Source of the DNA: Octopus vulgaris
Lineage: Eukaryota
DNA: 64,000 bases
Direction of reading: 5' to 3'
Assembly: GCA_951406725.2 (NCBI GenBank)
Contig: OX597830.1
Location: forward strand, 4,588,001 to 4,652,000
The position numbers and the translations under genes are program-made. This document shows positions 1-12,759 of this stretch, one piece after another (position 1 is the stretch's first letter; each line of letters opens with the position of its first letter). The notes beneath the pieces were generated by a model. It saw only the letters and a list, made by a program, of their open reading frames with translations. It made no database searches and was not told where the DNA came from.

Positions 1-313
1 TAAAAATTAATAAATAAATTCATGGATAGATGTTGTTTTCACAGCGAAAAATTTATTATTATTATTATTATGACATCCACACATGCATGCAGGTACACAT
101 ACACCCACATATAAACACATACACACAAGCACATTTGTGTTTATAGTGATCATTAACAGTTAAATAAGAGGATCTCATTATCATATAAGAAAATGTTTCT
201 AGTAATAAATAAGACGGGGGAGAGGGGGAAGGGGTGGTGGGGAGAGAGAGAGGGAGAAGGAGATGAAGTTGCTATCGTTTCTGTTATTGAAATTTTGCCA
301 TGTTGTTCTCTCT

Positions 314-560
314 AGTTGGACAGATGGAGCTTGAGTGGAGACCCAAGAAGCCAATCAGTTATCTTCTCCCTGCGCAGCCCATTCTGTATCTTATTTCTCG
401 GGCCCTGCATTATAAAATCTTGTCCAATTCTTCTTTCCAGAACAGGCTCCCTCTGAAACTCCCTTCTCTCCTGTGGTGCTTTTGCAGATGGTGATTGGCA
501 GGTGTGCAAGCTGAGCTTATACCACATCAAGCCCATCTGTTGCCTAGGAGACCGGTGAAG
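314..560. promoter_or_regulatory. Candidate promoter/enhancer island with NF-Y CCAAT boxes, TATA-like box, E-boxes and RFX X-box
   Basis: Non-repetitive and visibly more GC-rich than its flanks. AGCCAATCAG 349-358, TATAAAA 411-417, reverse CCAAT (ATTGG) 494-498, CAGATG 321-326 and 485-490, CAGGTG 499-504, CATCTG 534-539, X-box GTTGCCTAGGAGAC 539-552. Motif match only. Confidence 0.4.
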
Positions 561-1921
561 GAAATTTATACTGTCTCTCTTCTTTTATTGACTGACAGTC
601 GAGTACAATGGTGGCATATATTAAATAGATTTGAAAATGTTATTTCACATGAACTGAAAAATAATATTCTTTACAAGTCGATGCACTCCTTAATAGCATC
701 TAACTTGTTTTTAGTAGACTGATCTCCATTTTCAGGTAGGTTTAGTGAAGGCAATAACAATAATTGCAACACTACACCAGACACAAGATCTGAACAACTT
801 TGCAGCTTTTAATTCAATACTTTAACTTCTTAGCCACGGTGCTTGCTATAATTTCCGTTTTGGGAAATAAAATATTAAGAGCACCAGTCGAGAAAAACAA
901 AACAAAACATAGAACAAAATAATAATACTAAAAACAACAATAACAATAATAATAATAAATAACAACAATAATAATAAATTCATAAAATAAATAAATAGAA
1001 GCATTAAGAAAGCGATCAAGTTTAAGAATCTGTTTAATATAAAATATATGTTTAGGTGTCTACTTAGAAACTGTTAGAAATGAGTAATTGATAAAATACG
1101 AAAGGTTTATTTTTCCTTGTGAAAAGAATTAACTTCTTTTACGATTTTATTTTCTTAATGGAATCTAAATTACAGAAATTTTATTGTAGTTCCATTTCTT
1201 GATGGTATGATTCTTTTATTTTGTTTATTTATTATATCTTTCTTCAGAAAAATTCCTGTTAGCTACTGTAAAAAATGCAACAAACAAAAAAATATATTCT
1301 AAATTGTAAAGTAAATATATCGAATAGAAATTGCTATTCACTTTATAATAAATAGATATTAAATGGTTTCCCCCTAAGCTATTGTGAGCACGATGTTTGC
1401 AATGAAATATTGACAATACCTTTCAAAATCCATCAAATATCCATTGCTATAGAATGGCTCTTATTGGCTCCGTACATGATTAATAACTTCTCATTTATCC
1501 CAACATCACTCTTTCAATTTCTTCAATTGAAGGCAGTCTGTCAATACAGTTGAACAGTAACAACAACAACAATAATAATGGTAACAATAATAATGGCAGT
1601 AGTAGTAGTCGTAGTAGTAGTAATTGTTGTTATTATTTTGGAATTGGTGGTCTTTAGTAAATTGTAAAAGTAACTTAAATTCAGAAATTCTTCAAATTCA
1701 CAGCTGAAATAAGAACAACCAACATTTATTTATTTACTCAGCTGGACATTTTGGAAGACTGTGACTGTCTTAATGATTTTGCTGTCCTTTTCTGATTGAT
1801 TCCTGACAAATAAGTACTTTGAAGTTAGGAACAAGTCCTTTTACAAAGAGAATTCCACTCGTTGCTCACTGCAATCCAACAGTCAAGGTGCAGACTCCAA
1901 TTTAGAGATATAAAAACCAAT

Positions 1922-2240
1922 ATCATCATCATCATCATCATTTGATAGCCATTATCCATGCTGGCATGACTTGGACTGTTTGATAGGATCAGACACACCA
2001 GAGAATGAGTGGAGCTCTAAAGCTTGCTCTGGCATTGGTTCCTACAGCTGGATGCCTTTCCAAGTGCCAACCAATTTACAGAATGTGATGGATGCAATGC
2101 AGCACCAACACTATTGAAGTTGCCAAGTCCCTCACAAGCCAAGCATCCACCCACCCACACACATACATATACATGTACACACCTCGACTGAGTGATAAGG
2201 TCTAGTGTAGAGAGGGAGGTGTCTTCATGCCAAGTGTCAA
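1922..2240 (-). mobile_element. RTE-LINE 3'UTR-type repeat with (GAT)n tail, decayed
   Basis: (TCA)n followed by TCCATGCTGGCATG...CTACAGCTGGATGCCTTTCCAAGTGCCAACC, homologous to copies at 16685, 33222 and 62005. Confidence 0.7.
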
Positions 2241-3249
2241 GAAACTGAAACGAAACAGAGGGACAGGAACGGATATTTTCTATGATAGGAAGCTTCTGTT
2301 CATTTAAAACTGCTCCAAGACATAACAGATCTGGTAACACTGCCACAGAACTGAATCAGATGGAATTTTGAACAGAAAGAAAAGACAACCATGGAAATAA
2401 TTAGTTAATTACAATAAAGACAATTAGAGGAATTATATTGACAAATAATTATTTTTATATCTTTTTAAGTAATGTGTAATTGTTTGTGTTAACGCTTTTT
2501 AAACGTATTAATCTTTGTGTTGTAGCAATCAGTATTGTTGCTGTTGTTGTAATAAGATCTTACTCATTAAAGGCCCAGGGTCAGTGTGAGCAACATATAA
2601 TGTCAGCCATGTTATAACTGTCACCGTCATCACAATCATCAACCACCTTTATCACTACTGCCACCGACATCTTCATTGCTACCACCATTACCAACGGCAT
2701 TGTTGCCAGCATCCCTGTCACTACAACCACCACCAGCACCATTGCTCCTACCACCACCAACATCACCACAACCATCATTGCTCCTGCTGTCTCCACCACC
2801 ATTCCTACCACCTTCATCATTATCCATTTCCCATCCTTGCATAATTTACACAAGTTTGGTTGTTGACAGAGGAATTTTACAGTTGGACGATTTTCTTCAT
2901 GCCAGCCATTTTTGCAGAAGGTGGATAAAAAGAATGCTGTGTAACCTCCTCTTACTACTACTACTATTACTACTACTAATAATGATAATGGTAATAATAA
3001 TAATGATAAGGATAATAATAATAATGTGTATGTGAGAGTGTGTGTGCTTGTGAATCTATGTCTACTTGTACACATACCTATTTGTATATGTTTGTGCATA
3101 AGTACACACAAACATACTTACAAACATTAATAAACATGCACACACACACACACGTGCCACAGACACACAGCTATATTATGCTAACTCACCTTACTAATTG
3201 ATTATCTGTTTTACACAATTTACTCACTTTCAGCTCCTAGCCCCCACCA

Positions 3250-3250
<1 letters not shown>

Positions 3251-3315
<65 letters not shown>
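3251..3315. repeat. (CA)n microsatellite
   Basis: Direct inspection. Confidence 0.98.
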
Positions 3316-3318
<3 letters not shown>

Positions 3319-4152
3319 TGTTGTAGGTTGTTGGGAGAGAAAACCAGATTAATAGAGCAATAAACATCTGACTAGATCTTGTCAGTTCATTTTAATGATT
3401 ACCATTTAATGGTGTCATATAACTACCTGTGGATGGCTTTTTTGTTGCCTCTTCATTAAAAACAGTTATTCTAAATAGAAGTAGGTGCAATCTACTAAAT
3501 AACGAACTAATTGTGATCCTCAGTCGTTGTTTTTGTTTTTGTTTTCTTTTTCTCACTACTTTGAATGAACCACTTCACAGAAGTGTACTGGCTAACTCTA
3601 TGGGAACCCATTTTAACTGCTATTTCTAGCAGATAAAGTGTCCATGTCGAAGCAGCACAATTGTTTTTTTTTTCTGTTACTGTTTCCTTGTTACAGTCAT
3701 TAGACAGCAGTCATACCGGGGCGCCACCTTTAGGGGTTTAGTCAAACAAATCAACTCCTGTACTTCTAAGTTTGCTACACATTCTATCAGATTATTTTGT
3801 TGAACCACTCAGTCATGGACTTATGAACAAAATAACACTGGTTGACAAGGGGTGGGGGACAAAGACACACATATAAACATACATACACACACATACATGT
3901 GAGTGTATCATCATCATTTTACATCCTTTTTCCATGCTGGGTTGGGTTGGACAGTCAAACTGTTCAACCTATATATATACATATATATATATATAAATTA
4001 GAAAAAAAAACACCTTTTATCAATTCAAAATGAAAAATTAAGTTAAACCATCTAGAAAATTACATAAAATAGAAATATTCAATATCAGATAAAAAATATA
4101 CCAATGATTAAGTAATGTGCAAAATAATAAATAAATAAATAAAACATATATA

Positions 4153-4510
4153 TGGAGGTGCAATGGCCCAGTGGTTAGGGCAGCAAACTCGCAGTTGTAG
4201 GATCACGGTTTCAATTCCGAGACCAAGCAGTGTGAGTGTTTATTGAATGAAAACGCCTAAAGGCTCCAGCAGGGGTTAGTGGCAAACCCTGCTGTACTTG
4301 TTCACAACAACTTTCTCTCACACTTTCTTCCTGTTTCTGTTGTGCCTGTATTTTAAGGGCCAGCTTTGTTACACTCTGTGTCATGCTGAATCTCCCTGAG
4401 AGCTACGTGTCTGTGGAGTGCTCAGCCACTTGCACATTAATTTCATGAGTAGGCTGTTCTGTTGAGTGGATCAACTGGAACCCTCATCATTGTAACCATC
4501 GGAGTGCCAT
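4153..4510 (+). mobile_element. tRNA-derived SINE (family D)
   Basis: Head TGGAGGTGCAATGGCCCAGTGGTTAGGGC (A box) ... GGTTTCAATTCC (B-box-like); body partly recurs at about 45060-45200; flanked by TA/CA repeats. Confidence 0.75.
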
Positions 4511-4538
4511 GATTTTATATATACACACACACACACAT

Positions 4539-4584
<46 letters not shown>

Positions 4585-4691
4585 GCATACACATAACTTA
4601 GGTAAGTTTGGGCCTTAAATGGCCCAGGTCACATGTTTAACTTAGAGACACATCACTATTTATATACAAGTACACACACACATATATACAT

Positions 4692-4914
<223 letters not shown>

Positions 4915-5932
4915 TACTTATTCATTCACAGACATATATATATGCACACACACACACATACACACACACATGAAACTGTATCTGCCTGTGAATTATTTCA
5001 CAAATCTTAGGCCGAACCCAACCTTAGTTTCAACAATGTTCATCATATGAGAAATAAACCATTTTTATAACAGGCAACTAAAGTAAGTTAGAGTTATGTG
5101 TTATGCCCAGAAGCACAACAAATCGCCTGCCACAGATTTGAACTCAGGGCCCACAAACAAGTCTTCTTAATATATTCAACAAAATACATAAATAGATTAT
5201 AATTATCTTTCAGTATTCCCAATGAAGTGCCTCCTCCCTCCTTTATATTTTCCTCTTTCTGACTTATTTAATTTCTTTCCTGGACTTCAGTGACAATGTA
5301 ATATATTACTTTTACCTGCCGTTTCCTTAGCATGAAAAATAGAGCAGATAAGTTTTATCCTCTGGAGAGGACATAATCTTTATTGCAAATGTATGTTTCG
5401 TTGGGTAGCCTTAAATAAATAAAGCTGTGCACTGGAGGAATGTAAGTAAATAATTAAGGGTGGCACCCTCAATTCAGCACCCCAGTTCATGTCTAAATTT
5501 TCATCACTCATCTTACAGATGATTTAGTCAAATCAACATCTTAGGTATTATGGGATTACACCAGTTCTTTAGACAGCTCAAGATCAAATCTGGAGACATT
5601 TTTCTTTTTTGATATGGTGTAATTTTTTTTCTCCCAAGATGACTTTAGTATTTATCTTGAAGATACGATCAGAAATAATTTTGACTTTCAAAAGAGGTGT
5701 TTACGCATAAGGTGGGGGTGAGGCAGAGATCTTTTGATTGTGTTGTCTTTTGTGATAAGCTTTCTTTTTCTTATGTGAGAAATTACAGAGAACTTTCCAT
5801 ATTCATGTTTGTTGGTAGTAGATCTTATCTAAAGCATTCGGCTGGCTATAATGGGGAGCTGTCAAGTCGTGACTCATAACCTTATCTTAAAAGCTATTCA
5901 ACAGTTCCAGTAAGAAAATGGATAAATAAGTT

Positions 5933-5960
5933 ACTACAACAACAACAACTGCTGCTGCTG

Positions 5961-6032
<72 letters not shown>

Positions 6033-6058
6033 ATAATAATAATAATAATAATAATAAT
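5933..6058. repeat. Compound (CAA)/(CTG)/(CTA)/(TAA) trinucleotide repeat
   Basis: Direct inspection. Confidence 0.95.
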
Positions 6059-6390
6059 GGCTTCAAATTTTGCCACAAGGGCAGCAGTTTTGGGGGAGGG
6101 GATGAATCAATTACATCAGCCTCAGTGTTCAACTGGTACTTATTTTATCAACCCCGTAAGGATGAATTTGTCCCTTAATATAATAATAATAGAAAAAATG
6201 GTTTCTGATTTAGGAACAACTCCAATAATTTTGAAGGAGAGAGGATTAGGCAAGTCCACTGACTCCATTGCATGGCTTGTGTTTTATCTAATCAACCCCT
6301 GAGACTTGAAAAGCTAAGTTGGCCTTGATGGGATTTGAACTGAGCCAGTAGAAACACTGCAAGACATTTTATTTGTTGTTCTAATGGTTC
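6058..6390 (-). mobile_element. Two tandem partial copies of tRNA-derived SINE family B
   Basis: ACTGGTACTTATTTTATCAACCCCGTAAGGATGAA and GATTTGAACT motifs match the reverse complement of the full copy at 29683-29917. Confidence 0.65.
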
Positions 6391-6813
6391 TGAAAATACA
6401 AGATCCCAGAATCTGTGAGAGTGAACTGTTTAACTTCTTGAGCCAAATGCATGACCATAATTTTTCTTTGTTGCAAAACCCACCCACCCTTCCCAGAATT
6501 GATGCAAAATAAAAAGTCACCAACATTTGAACAGAAATTCTCCAGAAGAAAAGGTTTCTTTTTTTAATCTACTGCATTTATTATGAGGATTTTTTGCATA
6601 ATGACAAGGAAAGGATGAGTCAAATATATTAATCCCTGCACTAAGGATTATCACCCCGAGAAGGATGACAAGTAAAGTTGATGATTGCAAGATTTGAAAT
6701 CAGAATGTTGAAAGAAAGAGAGAGACCATGTAGATGGCATTTGGATGGGTGTCCAGCTGGAGTGAAGCATGATGCGGTTCTTCACCTCATCACACCCTAC
6801 AAACCATCTAATC

Positions 6814-7118
6814 CAGTAGTTCCCAAACATTTTCGGGCTGCTGCTTCCTTGATACCCAGGTCACATTACTAGCACTGCCTCACCCCCACCACCACCACAC
6901 ACCTCTCTCCAAATACAGACCATTTTCTGCTGTAAATTCAAAACAATTGTATTTCACAAATAAAACTTAAACCTAATTCACTTATTAATATTTTGTTTTT
7001 TACATCTATCACCCCATTTTGGCACTCCTATTATCATGCCACTTTTTATCAACGCCCTCCTGGATCTTCCCACCGCACCCCTCCAAGGGGGCAGTACTGC
7101 CCAATTTGGGAGCCACTG
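6814..7118. mobile_element. hAT (Charlie/MER5-like) non-autonomous MITE
   Basis: TIRs CAGTAGTTCCCAAA / TTTGGGAGCCACTG; 8-bp TSD ATCTAATC (6806-6813) vs ATCGAATC (7119-7126). Confidence 0.85.
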
Positions 7119-7688
7119 ATCGAATCCATATCAGTACATAGTCAGACATTGAATAGTGGTGATGTTGGTGATGATGATGAATATATCTTCCTGCCTGCTT
7201 CTCTACCTGTTCGGAAGTCCACTTTATGAAAGAGACCACAGACAAATTACTCTGACAATATCCAGGTCAGGAAACAAATTCTCTGCAGAATATCTTCTTA
7301 GAACTAAAAAAACTGTGAAGGAAAGAAAAGAGTTAAAAATAATAAAGTGTAGAGCCTCCATTTGCTGGTCGTATTCTTGTCTGTCATTGAGCAATTTAGA
7401 TTATCATTGAGCTTCCAGCGTCATATTATTGTATCGTTAGCAAAATTGTCTTCTCAGTTTCTGTAGGAGAGGCACGCAATAAAGACTGCCCTAAACACAT
7501 AGTAAATAGTTAATATTCACATTAGTCATACAACACTGGCTTGGAATCTCACCAAGGCTTCAAGGAATAGACATATAAACAAATACTTTTATGCAGGTGT
7601 GTGTATATACATACATATGTATATATATGTACATGTATATATATACATATGTATATATGCATATATATATACATATGTATATATGCAC

Positions 7689-7719
<31 letters not shown>

Positions 7720-8079
7720 CATATGTATATATATACATATGTATATATGCATATATATATATATAAATATATACACACATGCATATACACAGAAGAGGGT
7801 TATCACTCTCATAATCATATATGTGTGTGTGTGTGCTTATTCACATGTGAGTGAAATGCTTTCATAGACACATTTGTACATTCTCAGATGTAGAAACAAA
7901 CACAAACTCACACATACACAGACCTGCATACATTAACAAATTAACCATATTCTGAAGAATATTTGAATAAAGTGTAAGTCTTATACACTTTTATTTTGTT
8001 CTGTAATTAAATTCTGGCTGAATATATTGCCAAAAGCTACGATATATTAGCTCTTCAGTAATGGCCTTTGCACATGCAT

Positions 8080-8141
<62 letters not shown>

Positions 8142-8195
8142 ATAACTGGCATATGCACATACACACACAACGATTCACTCATACCCACTAATATC

Positions 8196-8226
<31 letters not shown>

Positions 8227-9399
8227 TATTCACATGTTCAGTTACCAACTGATAACTTTTTAATAAGGGACCCATCTTTTCCTCTGCTCACCAAGAAAAT
8301 AAAATGTTGATTGTAAAAGAATTGCCCCAATAAGTATTGTCTAAGTGTTTTGGTGACTCTTTTAGTGTCTCTTCATAACCTTGGTGATTCTCTGCTCCTG
8401 TTTCTACCATTCTGCAACACACACACACACAGAGTCTTGTTTTCTCATTAAATCTGCTTAAAAAGCACACAATATAGGATGAATTTTTATTGTTATTTTA
8501 TATGAACTGATCAATTCTTGCCACATAAGTCAGAGTACTTTTAAGTTCTCAAGGCATGCTTATAATCTTATAATTTTCCATATACACACACATATCAAAA
8601 ATGCATGGATTTCAATGTCTACCCCTACACCCATCCACACTCATACAAACATAACTTTCCATTTGTGTCACATTTGAATAATTGACTTGCTCATTATTCC
8701 CCCACTCGATGTCTCCCTGCTGAATACCCACATTCACACACATGCAACACAACTCGACAGTTCTTCGGTACACATACATATTCATTAGTTGATCTGTCTT
8801 AGCAGTCATTTTGTGACGACAACACATTGAGGCCCGTAGACACAACATTTCAGCTACAATTACTCTGATCAATGCTTCAGACATTATAGATATGTTTACG
8901 CTATTGTAATCAAAGATTATTTATAAAGAAGCTGCCACTTATATTCATGAGATGGAGATAAAAATAAGTGAAGTGCTGTGCCTTCTGCAATTTGCCTGGT
9001 GCTTCAAGACCACAATTATAAAGATATTGATATAGTATCTACCAGGGACACAAATATGTATGCATATGTGTATGTGTGTACATATATATCTATATCTATG
9101 TGTGTGTGTGTATATATATATAATTATATATATTAGTGAGCATGTGCACATATAATTTTTTTATTATTTAAATTATAGCCAATACCTTAGTCAAAACCTT
9201 GGGTTTCTTACAAGTGGAGCAAGTCTGCTGTATTCTTCAGTTGTTAAGGAAGGCAGAATATTAACAAGAGGGCAGTATGACTGACCAAACACCAGATTTT
9301 ATGCCAGACGTATCTGTAAATCAAACTCTTTCTCATGTTTGTCATCACTAATTTAACGTTTGCATATCTGCAAAAAGTGACAGAAGCATTAAAGAAATA

Positions 9400-9480
9400 A
9401 TACCATGGGTACTGAAGTTTCTGACGTTTTGGAGAAAGTTCTTCTTCAGGGTAGACATGACAGAAGTAAAACGGAAAAAA
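9400..9480 (-). mobile_element. Penelope-like pseudo-LTR remnant with decayed minimal hammerhead core
   Basis: Minus strand reads CCCTGAAGAAGAACTTTCTCCAAAACGTCAG, resembling the CTGAAGAAG-stem-CGAAACGTC motif of Penelope-like elements with a CpG-type G>A change. Confidence 0.4.
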
Positions 9481-11405
9481 AAACGAGAGTTTTATATTCT
9501 CTGTGTTTAATTGAAACTGACAACTGATAATGAATGCAACACAATATATAGGTGTGTTAATGAAAACAGGGAATAGTGAAGGAAAGTAACCAGGTGTGCA
9601 TATGTGTGTGTGTATCTATATATTTCTAGAATATAAACGAATTTATTTGCAAATGTAGAGGTGATTTTATTCACACTATTTTTCGTTTAAAAATTAGCTG
9701 AAAGAAAACTGATAAAAGAGAGATTATGTGTTGTTTCTGTGTATAATTCAGATGATTGGAGTTTTAGGAAGGTTCCTGTTTACAGAAACTTTCGATGCGT
9801 GTTGAGTGCAGTTTGATATGTTTGAAGAAAAGTTGAATGTGAGTGAATAGAGAATGTTATGGTGAAAAGAAGGAATCAGATGAGGATTAATTCTATGCGA
9901 AATAAGATTTAAGGTGGGGTAAGTCGGTGACTCCCTCCAAAGCTGGAGCCTATCAACTGAGAAAGAATAAAAGGTACAAGAATTTACAGAAAATGTCAAA
10001 ACAGTTGAAGCACAAGAGGGATGATGGTTGGATAAAAGATTCAGTTCTAAAAGCAACAACGACGAAGAAATGCTGCAAACCAAGAAAAAAAAAAAGAAAA
10101 AATGGAAAAGCAAAACACAAAAACAAGAGAGATTCTGTTGTGTGGTTCAATATTTATAATACTTTTTGATAATAATCAATAACATATAACAGCTTGTCAA
10201 ATGTACATAAGAGATTCCTATGACAAATCTAAATTATTTTCAACACACAAAACTTTCCTCCAAACATGAAACAAAACTATAACTGTTTGTCTTGGATCGG
10301 CTCTCATACAACAAACAACATTTCTTAGAAATGACTTTTTCTTTTTTATTCATTTATTTATTAGTTTATATATTTTTTTGTTTATGGCAAACTTCTTTCA
10401 TCTATTGTTACTGATATTGCTGTTCCAGATGAAATGTCGCTACGAGGAATTCAATATTGGTTGCAAAACACCATTTCCCTTATCTCTCTTCCTTTACTTC
10501 TTCTTCAATCATTAAAGCACACACACACACACATGCACACTCGTGCACACACACAAACATTGAATATATTTTTTACCTCAACTTTCTATACTACACTTCC
10601 TGACAAGATATTTTATCATCTTTTCTTTGTTTTAATGTAGGACCATATCAGACATATGGACACAAACACACATATATATCTATATTTATTTATGTATGTG
10701 CATGTGTGTGTGTATATATATACATGCTCACATATGTCTCTATATAAGTGTGCATGTATGTATAATATATATATATGTATTACTGTATGTAAGTATGTGT
10801 ATGTATGTATGTAAAGTATGTGTATGTATGTAAAGTATACGTTAACACATACACAGTGACAAAGAGAAGGAGAAGTTTTGATAGATTGGGGTAAAGATGT
10901 GAATCTGATAATTCTGAAGATGGTAAGATTGTAAGATGATAATAATTGGAGAAGCTTAGTGAGGTATTGTCTCAGTCGATAGCAAAATGTTTTCCCCCTC
11001 CTTTGCAAAAGGACAGATTCGATGAAGCGTGTCTCATGTGATGCAGTATGATAATATGACATGTGACACATTGGCTATGAAATATAGCAAAAGATGGAGA
11101 GAAAAGGGGTGGGCGTAAGAAGAGAGTAGAAATGTTAAAATATTTACTAAAGAGTTCAAGAGAGAGAGAGAGTGAGGGAGAGGGAGAGAAATGGATGAGA
11201 TGGTGTGGATATGTGGTGAGATTCATTATGGCTTCTATAAACAAAATGTTTCTCAGCTTGGTGGTTTCATGTAAGAAAATATCAACTGGTAGTTAGGAAT
11301 GAGTAAAGCTTCACATCAGTAAGGGCAACAAACCTTAGCATACTCCCTTAACAAGCTTCAGCCAATTCCTGTCAGTATTATATCATATATATATATATAT
11401 ATATA

Positions 11406-11954
11406 CAAGGGTGAGTCAAAAAGTAATTCCCTTTTGTTCAGGACAGGTATAATTACCAACACAGAAACATGTATCATACATCAAAATGAAGCTGGTCCTC
11501 TGTGGATCACATCCCTAATTCTCAACATAGTCGCCGTTTCTCTCAATAGCAACATTCCACCTTCGAATGAGAGCATGTATCCCTGCCCCGTAAAATTCTG
11601 TTGATTGTTCTTTGAGCCACTTCTTCACTACAAAGTCAAAGAGACAACACCTTCTTTCGAAGAGTCATAACAGTTGATTGAAACATGGGTTCATCATTAT
11701 GAACCGGAATCAAAGAGGCAGTCAATGGAATGGCACCACTCTATGTCACCACCACCACCACCAAAAAAGTTCAAGACACAAAAGTCAGCTGGAAAAATCA
11801 TTGTGACTGTCTTTTGGGATGCTCAAGGTGTCATTCTGGTCAATTTGTTGCCAATAGGACCAACAATAAACTCATAATAAGCTTCATTTAGATGTGTTCC
11901 TGTGTTGGTAATTATACCTATCCTAAACAAAATGGCATAACTTTTTGACTCACC

Positions 11955-11958
<4 letters not shown>
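11406..11958. mobile_element. Mariner-like element derivative (MITE) with long TIRs and rearranged transposase fragments
   Basis: Inverted ends of roughly 75-85 bp (AGGGTGAGTCAAAAAGT...GGTATAATTACCAACACAG); TA TSD inside (TA)n; plus-strand ETWVHHYEPESKRQSMEW...SAGKIIVTVFWDAQGVIL (about 11640-11874); minus-strand C-terminus VKKWLKEQSTEFYGAGIHALIRRWNVAIERNGDYVEN* (11515-11629). Confidence 0.95.
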
Positions 11959-11992
<34 letters not shown>

Positions 11993-11995
11993 TAC

Positions 11996-12047
<52 letters not shown>

Positions 12048-12199
12048 GCACACACACACACATACATAAGTATAGCTATAAATATTACATAAGTTTTTCT
12101 TGGATTTCACTTGTGATTTTGGTTTCCTTATGGACCTGTGTCCTTTGTCTTAAACTGATACCAAAGTTTATCGATGATTTTATGCTGCTGTTATATCCT

Positions 12200-12540
12200 T
12201 TCTTCAGATAGAAGCACAAGAGAATGCATTTCCAACCTACAGCACTCGTGGAACTTTGTTTATTCACAGAACATATTATTCCTGCAGCCTAAGAAACACT
12301 ATTGCTGGTACAATCTAATTATCATAGTCTTTACCTCTGTACACCATGAAGGCCATGTTTGTCACACCAGGAAATTGTTCTCCATTGACATAGAATAAGT
12401 GTTCTGGGCACACACAGATAAAAACAATCCATTTAGTCTGTTCGTTAGCAACAGGTAGATTGGTGATATCCATCACAATTACAGATGCCCTGGATTCTGT
12501 TGGCCATGTGTCATCTGCATACACATCTCCATACAAGTGA
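12200..12540 (-). pseudogene. Decayed non-LTR retrotransposon reverse transcriptase fragment (RTE-like, domains 5-7)
   Basis: Minus-strand translation VYADD...YVNGEQFPGVTN...AIVFLRLQ, resembling LYADD...INGExLxxVxxF...AFGRL; contains stops. Confidence 0.5.
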
Positions 12541-12692
12541 TTATATTACGCACACACACGTGTGTGTGCATGTATGTATCTAGAAAGCTCTCAGTGTTAA
12601 GCAAACCTAGATAACTATATCAAACAATCAGATACTAATAAATTTAAGCAGAAGCAGCGTCCAATGTAATTCCTGGGGTAGGACAAGTAGAA

Positions 12693-12759
12693 TTAAAAGA
12701 ATTTCAAGAAATCACTTAAAAGAATTTCAAGAAATCACTTAAAAGAATTTCAAGAAATC
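12693..12759. repeat. Perfect 23-bp tandem repeat, about 2.9 copies (TTAAAAGAATTTCAAGAAATCAC)
   Basis: Direct inspection. Confidence 0.95.

Noticed and set aside
312-536. 74-aa minus-strand ORF preceded by an AG acceptor-like site (possible terminal exon)
   Set aside because: No recognisable domain and no partner exons found; the regulatory reading fits better. BLASTx or RNA-seq could overturn this.
2581-3111. Overlapping 67-176 aa ORFs (Val-, Pro- or Gly-rich)
   Set aside because: Translations of degenerate (CCA)/(CAT)/(TAA) low-complexity repeats
8030-8062. Minus-strand CTGAAGA followed by a GCTA/TAGC stem
   Set aside because: The stem is followed by TTTT instead of GAAA, so there is no hammerhead core
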